A DNA stretch of 31,714 bases, from assembly GCA_945865855.1 (NCBI GenBank), contig CAMBES010000001.1, forward strand, positions 1 through 31,714, read 5' to 3'. A program made the translations under genes and the position numbers. How positions within the stretch are numbered: the first letter of the stretch is position 1; every line of letters begins with the position of its first letter. Of the stretch, positions 17,744 through 24,322 are shown piece by piece. Source of the stretch: Rhizobium sp. Q54. GTDB taxonomy: Bacteria; Pseudomonadota; Alphaproteobacteria; Rickettsiales; UBA1997. The notes under the pieces were generated by a model. The model saw only the letters and a program-made list of their open reading frames with translations, made no database searches and had not been told where the DNA came from.

Positions 17744-18849
17744 GCAGTGAATTTTCTGATTTGTTCGGTGGTAAAAATTTTTACATCAGACTTTTTTTCA
17801 AGGTAATTCCCGTACCACTCCGCCGTCCATTCAAGCGTTTCTTCAAAAGATAATTTTGGCTGCCAGTTAAGTTCTTTTGTGGCGCGAGAATGGTTTAATT
17901 TAAGGATTCCCGCCTCGTGTAAGTTTTTTGCACCCCCCATCGTCGCGCTACGCGTCGACTCGATCCCCCCTAAATAGCGAGGATCCTGCGCGTCAGTAGC
18001 TATTTCATAAGAACCTGTTCCAATTTTCTCGATTAAAGTTTTAGTCAGAATTTCAACATTTTGCTCCGCATCTTTATTTGGACCAAAATTGTAAGCCTTA
18101 GCAAAATCTTCGCCTTTTTCGTAAAGATTTTGCGTTAAAAGCAAATATCCGTAAAGCGGCTCAAGCACGTGCTGCCAAGGTCTGATCGAATTTGGCGAGC
18201 GCAATTTAACTTTTTCTCCGGCGCGAATTGCGCGAAAAATATCCGGAATAATTCGATCAATAGAAAAATCGCCACCACCAATCACATTGCCGGCGCGAGC
18301 TGAGGCGAGCTGAATATTTTCTTTTTGAAAAAATGAACGGCGATAAGAAGAAGTTAAAATTTCTGCACAAGCCTTGCTCGACGAGTAAGGATCGTAGCCG
18401 CCTAACGCGTCTTCTTCTTGGTAGGCGTAATCAGTCTCGCGATTTTCGTAGCATTTGTCGGTGGTAATATTTGTGATCACCCTCACCGAACCCGCTTTGC
18501 GCGCCGCTTCAAAAACATTGAGCGTGCCAATCACATTAGTCTCGTAAGTTTTTCGCGGATCAAAATAAGAGTCGCGCACCAAGGGCTGCGCCGCCAAATG
18601 CAAAATAATTTCCGGCTGAAAATTTTTTACCGCCGCCGCGATTTCGTCAGAATTTCTAATGTCACCGATTATTGATTTTTCTAGCCCCAACGCAACTTCC
18701 GCCGAGTTAAATAAACTTTCTTCATCAGCTTTTAGCGAAAATCCCGCCACTTTCGCACCCAACATTGTAAGCCAAAGCGAGAGCCACGAACCCTTGAAAC
18801 CAGTGTGCCCGGTGAGAAAGATTTTTTTTCCTGAGTAGAAATTTTTCAT
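17740..18849 (-). CDS. rfbG: CDP-glucose 4,6-dehydratase
   Basis: TGHTGFKGSWL, HLAAQPLVRDSY, ITTDKCYEN, DPYSSSK, RAGNVIGGGD, RPWQHVLEPL. Confidence 0.95.
   Translation of the reverse strand: MKNFYSGKKIFLTGHTGFKGSWLSLWLTMLGAKVAGFSLKADEESLFNSAEVALGLEKSIIGDIRNSDEIAAAVKNFQPEIILHLAAQPLVRDSYFDPRKTYETNVIGTLNVFEAARKAGSVRVITNITTDKCYENRETDYAYQEEDALGGYDPYSSSKACAEILTSSYRRSFFQKENIQLASARAGNVIGGGDFSIDRIIPDIFRAIRAGEKVKLRSPNSIRPWQHVLEPLYGYLLLTQNLYEKGEDFAKAYNFGPNKDAEQNVEILTKTLIEKIGTGSYEIATDAQDPRYLGGIESTRSATMGGAKNLHEAGILKLNHSRATKELNWQPKLSFEETLEWTAEWYGNYLEKKSDVKIFTTEQIRKFTA
17932..17991. repeat. GC-rich, imperfectly palindromic 60-nt in-frame insertion in rfbG
   Basis: 39/60 G+C by hand count. Encodes AQDPRYLGGIESTRSATMGG between ...IATD and AKNLHEA. 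Core is CCCCCC-ATCGTCGCGCTACGCGTCGACTCGAT-CCCCCC. Confidence 0.55.
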
Positions 18850-18924
18850 TTAAAAACTTTTCTTAAATAACTGTCTTAAATACGAGAATAACTTTTTTGG
18901 CACCTTAGAATGAAGGTCATACTT

Positions 18925-19836
18925 CTAAAAAGATTTTAAAATATCATTAATCAAATCATCCGAAGACTGCTCATTAAAAACATATTCGGTTAAATTCTTT
19001 TTTATGATCGGCTTCATGCTATAAGTGCTATGGCTCAAATCGTTGTAGATGATGTGAAAATTGACATTGGCACCGCTTATCACCTCACAAAAACCACTTC
19101 TTAAGGCTATTACATGGCCACACATCTGGGCAAAAAGAAATGCTTCTGAAAAATTAAGATAATCAGTTTTAACGCCCTCTATCTCATTTTTCTTATACAT
19201 AATATTCAGAAAAACATCGTAACCTTTTATCCGCAATTTTTCACAAATTTTCTGCCAAAATGATATTGGTAGTGATTTTGCAGAGATTGCTTCTGGCGAG
19301 ATCAATACCGTTTTGCCCTTAGTTAGGGATAGTCTGTCAAATTTATCTTGAGCACTAATCTGATATTTTTCCTGAATTAAGGGGGTAGATAATTCTACAT
19401 CTTTTCCTAGGTGAGCACAGATTTTCAAAACATCAAAATGCGCTATACCATGATTTATAAGGGTGTGCCACAAGCCATTCGTGGAAAGGAAGAAGGTACC
19501 CTTCTTTACATCTAAGTAGTATTTGGGGCGATAGAGGTATTCTTCTTCTAGAAAGAAATACCGATCGATCTGGTGAGTAAACATTTCAAAAATTTGCTGA
19601 TGATACTTTTTGCCGCCAATCAATATAACTTTGTCGACACCATGCTTTTTCTTAAAAGAGTCGATCGCTGAGCATATCAGATATGCCTCTCCACTATTGT
19701 GAGGACATAATATCGCCACTTCGTCTTCTCGCAGTTTAATTTGGTGCTTCAGATATTTTGTATACGCCCTTCTGGAGAGGGCTTTTACCAGAATTCGTTT
19801 TATTAGATTTTCCATCTTGTGAAAGTTTTTTATCAT
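18925..19836 (-). CDS. Hypothetical protein, possible GT-B/GT9 (heptosyltransferase-like) glycosyltransferase
   Basis: ATGA overlap with the upstream HAD gene. VLISPEA...FWQKICEKL...VIALRSGFCEV resembles the C-terminal domain of GT9-like proteins. AT-rich. Confidence 0.45.
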   Translation of the reverse strand: MIKNFHKMENLIKRILVKALSRRAYTKYLKHQIKLREDEVAILCPHNSGEAYLICSAIDSFKKKHGVDKVILIGGKKYHQQIFEMFTHQIDRYFFLEEEYLYRPKYYLDVKKGTFFLSTNGLWHTLINHGIAHFDVLKICAHLGKDVELSTPLIQEKYQISAQDKFDRLSLTKGKTVLISPEAISAKSLPISFWQKICEKLRIKGYDVFLNIMYKKNEIEGVKTDYLNFSEAFLFAQMCGHVIALRSGFCEVISGANVNFHIIYNDLSHSTYSMKPIIKKNLTEYVFNEQSSDDLINDILKSF

Positions 19837-20198
19837 AAATTTTTATCAATCACGAAATTTATCTCCAACTTGTAATCCCTGTCTTTATTGATTGCGTGAG
19901 CTGTTTTGAGGCCAGAATCTTTCTTATCATTTACCAAAATTCTTTCGCCCTGCGGTAAATCGAAAATTATTTGGTTATATCTGATGCCGCTTTTTTCTAA
20001 AAAGGAGAGTAGTTGCTTCTCGTATTTTTTTTCTCGCGCGGTCATCAAAATCACTTTGTCTTCAGTAGAAATTTGTGCAAAAAATTCTTTAACACCTTCA
20101 AGCAATTCGTCGCCTCCATGCAGGTGGCCGTTATGCTTAACGATGGTGCCATCAACATCAAACAACCATGTTTTTGGAAGTGGAGATAGGGTTAGCAT
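19833..20198 (-). CDS. Small HAD-superfamily hydrolase
   Basis: WLFDVDGTI (motif I), LMTAR (motif II), RILVNDKK. Confidence 0.75.
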   Translation of the reverse strand: MLTLSPLPKTWLFDVDGTIVKHNGHLHGGDELLEGVKEFFAQISTEDKVILMTAREKKYEKQLLSFLEKSGIRYNQIIFDLPQGERILVNDKKDSGLKTAHAINKDRDYKLEINFVIDKNL

Positions 20199-21706
20199 TA
20201 CAAGTCCAATTCATTGAGATAAAGCAGGCCGTTGTAAAAAGAGGCGCAGACCGAATCGTAATCTTCCCAAGCATAAGTGGTAAGAGAGAGCCAGATTAGT
20301 GAGTGGAGAATTTTAATTTTGATTTTATCAGCCTTAGTCACCTTGAAAAATTCTTCCTCTAAATCTTCCCAGTCGTTAGAATCAACGCGCAACAAAGCTT
20401 CATTTTCAACTATCTCAAGAGTAAAGTTTTTGCGATTAAATTGGTCGTAATTGCCGACAATTGAATAATAAAGTTTAGCCCAATCGTAATCCTGATCGCC
20501 GTAGAATTTTGAACTACCAAAATAGCCGCGTGGATCGATTAGAACGGGTTCAACTTCCTCATTTCTAATCATTATATTTGAGAAAGTTGGATCGCCGTGG
20601 ATGAGATAAAATTCAGTCGGAAAATACCTCTTCACCAAATCAGAAAATTTTTCTTCGAGGTAAAAAATATTTTTACATTTTTTGCCGTTAATCGTTATAA
20701 ATTCTTGACCTGCAAAAGGTACAAGATTTTTAATTTTGGCAATTCGAGAAAAAGTTTTGCTGACGTAATTATCTAAACAATCTTGGTAATTGGCCTCGAT
20801 CTTTGGCGTTAGATGATGCAGGTGGTTAATTTTGGAAATTATTTTACGTAAAATTTCTTTCTTCTGCGAGAGGGTAAAATTTTTATATTCAAAAACATTT
20901 TTGCCGTCGATTTTTTCTATCGTGAACGGCTCGAAACTAAAAATTTTTGGCACATCTTTAAAGCCCAAATCGGTTACTTTTTTGTACCAATTCAACTCAT
21001 CAACCATGATTGATTTACCATATTCATTAACCGGTATTTTGGTTACGCGGTCTTGCTCAAAGACCATTTTATTGAATGGGCGGCACTTCGCTTCTTTTGA
21101 ATCATTATCGTTGTAAGAAAGCATCGTGCCAATTTCTCTGGCGTGAGAAAGGCCAAAAGAACCGAAGGAAATTTGGTTATTTTGTAACCACAAAACGAAT
21201 TCTCCTTCTTCTGAAACTGCGGCGATTTCTTTCGAACTCTTAATTAAAAATAATCCCGCCACGCCATTTTCTTTTGAAGGAACTTTAACAAATTTGCCGT
21301 CAACAAAAGACCAGCGGCATTCGAAACTTTTGGATAGAGCAACTAAATTTTGGTCAATCTTCTCAGGAATTTGGGTATTTTCTGCGAATAATAAATCGCA
21401 CCAAACCAATGCAAATGACTCATCTTCCGGAATCAGCCTCAACGCATCTTGGATTCCCGAACAAGTTCCCTTCTTGCTTGCACGAACCAATTCGTAATCA
21501 ACAGAGTCGGCAAAAGTTTTGAGATAATTATCCAAAACATCCGCTTTGTAATCACAAATAATAATGAATTTTTTGCCCTTGAATTTCTCAAAGAGATGAA
21601 AAAGCAACGGCTTATTTTCTATCGGCACCAAGCATTTCGGCTTGTTGATGGTCAGTGTTTCAAGCCTAGAACCTCTACCGCCAGCTTGGATGATTACGTA
21701 TTTCAT
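20198..21706 (-). CDS. Nucleotidyltransferase fused to an APH/choline-kinase-like phosphotransferase
   Basis: N-terminal QAGGRGSRL...KPKCL...WCDL. C-terminal HGDPTFSN (Brenner-type motif), IDPRG and YDWAKLYYS. Confidence 0.8.
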   Translation of the reverse strand: MKYVIIQAGGRGSRLETLTINKPKCLVPIENKPLLFHLFEKFKGKKFIIICDYKADVLDNYLKTFADSVDYELVRASKKGTCSGIQDALRLIPEDESFALVWCDLLFAENTQIPEKIDQNLVALSKSFECRWSFVDGKFVKVPSKENGVAGLFLIKSSKEIAAVSEEGEFVLWLQNNQISFGSFGLSHAREIGTMLSYNDNDSKEAKCRPFNKMVFEQDRVTKIPVNEYGKSIMVDELNWYKKVTDLGFKDVPKIFSFEPFTIEKIDGKNVFEYKNFTLSQKKEILRKIISKINHLHHLTPKIEANYQDCLDNYVSKTFSRIAKIKNLVPFAGQEFITINGKKCKNIFYLEEKFSDLVKRYFPTEFYLIHGDPTFSNIMIRNEEVEPVLIDPRGYFGSSKFYGDQDYDWAKLYYSIVGNYDQFNRKNFTLEIVENEALLRVDSNDWEDLEEEFFKVTKADKIKIKILHSLIWLSLTTYAWEDYDSVCASFYNGLLYLNELDL

Positions 21707-22420
21707 TTAGCCGACTCCAATTTCTCTTAAGAACGCCTTGTCTAAGCTATCTTCTTCATGCTTATTCTTAAAGCCTTGCGGGCTGCCGCAATAGACGATT
21801 TGAGCGTTGTTTAAAATCGCAATCGAGTCGCAAATCTCATCCATGTCGGACAAAATATGCGAGCTGAAAAAAATAGTTTTGCCGGAATTTTTGTAGGCGA
21901 TTAGTTCGCGCTTCAAGGCAATGCGCGCCTTTGGATCGAGTCCAGACATGGGCTCATCTAAAATTACTAAATCAGCTTCCGACAAAAAAACAGCGAGAAG
22001 CCCAAGTTTTTGCGTCATTCCTTTTGAATATTTGCTAACTTTTTGCTTCAGCATTTCGAATTTCAGATCGAGATTTTCGCAAAGTTCTTGCGCCTTTGCG
22101 GCGTTATATTTTTTGCCGTAAAAATCCAAAACGAACTGCAAAAATTCTTCACCTTTTTGATGAATTGACGGATGAAATTTTTCTGGCAAATAACAAACGC
22201 GCTTACGGGCTTCTGGCAGGATGCGCGACACGCCAAAAATCTCAACTTCACCGTGATCCTGATCGAGCAAATCTAAAATAATTTTGATCAGAGTGGTTTT
22301 GCCCTGCCCGTTCAAACCGATGAAGCCAAAAATTTCATTTGGTTTTACTTCAAAACTAACCTTGTCGAGCACGGGCTGTGCAAATACTTTGGAGATTTCA
22401 GAAATTTTTAGAGGAAGCAT
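21707..22420 (-). CDS. ABC transporter ATP-binding protein (ABC-2 exporter type); no permease in the window
   Basis: GLNGQGKTT Walker A, YSKGM signature, LVILDEP Walker B, SSH switch. Confidence 0.92.
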   Translation of the reverse strand: MLPLKISEISKVFAQPVLDKVSFEVKPNEIFGFIGLNGQGKTTLIKIILDLLDQDHGEVEIFGVSRILPEARKRVCYLPEKFHPSIHQKGEEFLQFVLDFYGKKYNAAKAQELCENLDLKFEMLKQKVSKYSKGMTQKLGLLAVFLSEADLVILDEPMSGLDPKARIALKRELIAYKNSGKTIFFSSHILSDMDEICDSIAILNNAQIVYCGSPQGFKNKHEEDSLDKAFLREIGVG

Positions 22421-22471
22421 TTTAGAAAAAATTTTTAATTCGGTAATTCAGTTTTTTAGTTTGGTAATTCT

Positions 22472-23007
22472 GTCATCCCCGCGAAGGCGGGGACCCAGAA
22501 TAAAAAACTCGGAGTGAGTTATGAGATCTCCTGGATCCCCGCCTTCGCGGGGATGACGCAAGAAGATGAGAAATAACCGCGTCAACTAACTCACTCAAGT
22601 AAAAATGTTGACGAAATTCTTCACGCTAATTCACTCATCCCCGCTAAGGCGGAGATCAATGGTAATTCAGTCATCCCCGCGAAGGCGGGGATCCAGAATA
22701 AAAACTTGTAGTGAGTTGTGAGAGCTCCTGGATCCCCGCCTTCGCGGGGATGACGCAAGAAGATCAAAAATAACCGCGCCAACTAATTCGAATGTTGACG
22801 GAATTCTTCACGCTAATTCAGTCATTCCAGCGAAGGCGGGGATGACGCAAGAAGAACAGAAATAAACGCGTCAACTAACTCACTCAAGTAAGAATTTTGA
22901 CGAAATTCTTCACGGTAATTCGGTCATCCTCGCGAAGGCGGGGATCCAGAATAAAAACTTGGAGTGAGTTGTGAGATCTCCTGGGTCCCCGCCTTCGCGG
23001 GGATGAC
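22472..23007. repeat. BIME-like mosaic array of REP doublets separated by copies of an aroQ fragment
   Basis: Full doublets at 22472-22557, 22670-22754 and 22923-23007. Degenerate half at 22634-22658; collapsed doublet at 22821-22846. aroQ-like spacers at 22569-22627, 22766-22814 and 22858-22916. Confidence 0.95.
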
Positions 23008-23035
23008 GCAAAAATTAACTCAGTGATCCGCGAGC

Positions 23036-23467
23036 TTAAATCATGTTGTTAATCGCCAGCAGTGCGATTGAGTAACCTTGCACTCCAAGACCAGAAATAA
23101 CCGCGTCAACTACCCCACTCAAGTAAGAATGTTGACGAAATTCTTCGCGCTTAAAAATGTTAGAAATGTGTAACTCAATTTTTGGCTTATTGAACATTTC
23201 TAAAGCATCACGAATCGCCACTGAAGTGTGGGTGTAAGCGGCGGCATTAATGATTATTCCGTCACAATCATCCAAAGCATTTTGAATTGAATCGACTAGC
23301 TCGCCTTCATTATTTGACTGCTGAAAATCAATTTTAATTTCGAGCTCTTTCGCTAATTTTTCGCAATCGGCAGAAATTTTATTCAACGAATAATCGCCGT
23401 AAATACTGTGGTCGCGCCTGTGCAGCAGATTTAAATTCGGACCATTTAGAATTAGAATTTTTTTCAT
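23036..23467 (-). CDS. aroQ: Type II 3-dehydroquinate dehydratase
   Basis: LNGPNLNLL, QSNNEGEL, INAAAYTHTSVAIRDA, ELHISNIFKREEFRQHS. Confidence 0.96.
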   Translation of the reverse strand: MKKILILNGPNLNLLHRRDHSIYGDYSLNKISADCEKLAKELEIKIDFQQSNNEGELVDSIQNALDDCDGIIINAAAYTHTSVAIRDALEMFNKPKIELHISNIFKREEFRQHSYLSGVVDAVISGLGVQGYSIALLAINNMI

Positions 23468-24243
23468 TTTCTTGATTGAAGTTCAATTTTGACGTAGAAA
23501 AAAATTGTGACCGGAATTGAAAGTCCGTAAATAATTCCGAGTGCCGCAAGAGCAATCCAAGGCTTAACGATTAGGCCAATGATGAAAGATCCAAGAATTA
23601 GCAAAGTTAGGTAAGCAGAGTCGTTTTTAATCGGAATTTTTTTGATTGAGATTGTTGGAATGCGGCTTGCCATCAAGACCGCCAAGGTTCCAACGTAATT
23701 AATTACTAAAAGAGGATTTGAATAAAACCCGTCGCCAAATTCGTAAAATAAAACCATTGGCAATATTGCCATTGCTGCGCCAACTGGGGCTGGAATGCCT
23801 TTGAAGAAATATTTTTCTAAGATTGGATTTGGCGCTTCATGCGTAAGATCAACATTAAATCTTGCCAAACGAATGGCACCGCAAACTGCAAAAAATAAAA
23901 CTAGAGCCCAGCTCAGGCCGTGAAAATCATCGTAAGAATTAACCCAAGCGTAAATCACAAAACCAGGAGCAACGCCGAAATTCACGAAATCAACGAGCGA
24001 ATCTAATTGCGCCCCAAAATCCGAAGAAGAATTAAGGAATCTAGCCATGCGGCCGTCTACCCCATCCATGAATCCTGCAATAAGCAGGAAGACTGAGGCG
24101 TGAATAAAATCACCACGCATCGAAAAAAGAATCGCGGTCAAGGCAATGCAGAGGCTGCTTAAGGTAACTAAATTTGGCAGCAAACGAAATAGTGGAAAAC
24201 AGCCGTCTTCGTCGTGACGGATGCGCTGAATAATTTTAGGCAT
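23464..24243 (-). CDS. pssA: CDP-diacylglycerol--serine O-phosphatidyltransferase (CDP-alcohol phosphatidyltransferase family)
   Basis: LPNLVT, DGVDGRMAR...FGAQLDSLVDFVNFGVAP, RLARFN, FKGIPAP. Confidence 0.85.
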   Translation of the reverse strand: MPKIIQRIRHDEDGCFPLFRLLPNLVTLSSLCIALTAILFSMRGDFIHASVFLLIAGFMDGVDGRMARFLNSSSDFGAQLDSLVDFVNFGVAPGFVIYAWVNSYDDFHGLSWALVLFFAVCGAIRLARFNVDLTHEAPNPILEKYFFKGIPAPVGAAMAILPMVLFYEFGDGFYSNPLLVINYVGTLAVLMASRIPTISIKKIPIKNDSAYLTLLILGSFIIGLIVKPWIALAALGIIYGLSIPVTIFFYVKIELQSRK

Positions 24244-24319
24244 TTTGATTTTTGATTTTTGATTTTTGATCTGGAGTATTCATCAGCCTAAATCTCAAAT
24301 CTCAAATCAAAAATCAAAA
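24243..24319. repeat. Inverted pair of 7-nt tandem repeats filling the pssA/tkt divergent spacer
   Basis: About four TTTTTGA units (24243-24270), a 17-nt loop, then AAATCTC x2 and AAATCAA x2 (24290-24319). The arms pair at 25/30 positions by hand alignment. Confidence 0.88.
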
Positions 24320-24322
24320 GTA

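Noticed and set aside
18861-18882. Direct repeat TCTTAAATA x2 upstream of rfbG as a regulator site
   Set aside because: A 9-nt AT-rich repeat is expected by chance at this composition.
22284-22517. 77-aa plus-strand ORF ending SSPRRRGPRIKNSE
   Set aside because: It is antisense to the ABC ATPase and simply reads into the first REP arm.
22472-23007. CRISPR array
   Set aside because: Repeats are about 85-bp inverted doublets, spacers are copies of one sequence rather than unique, periodicity is irregular and no cas genes are present.
24266-24322. N-terminal extension of Tkt (MIWSIHQPKSQISNQKSKV); likewise the track extensions at 4085, 11868, 14385, 28097 and 29575
   Set aside because: They come from upstream alternative start codons reading through repeats or overlapping neighbours. 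Family homology begins at the downstream ATG.
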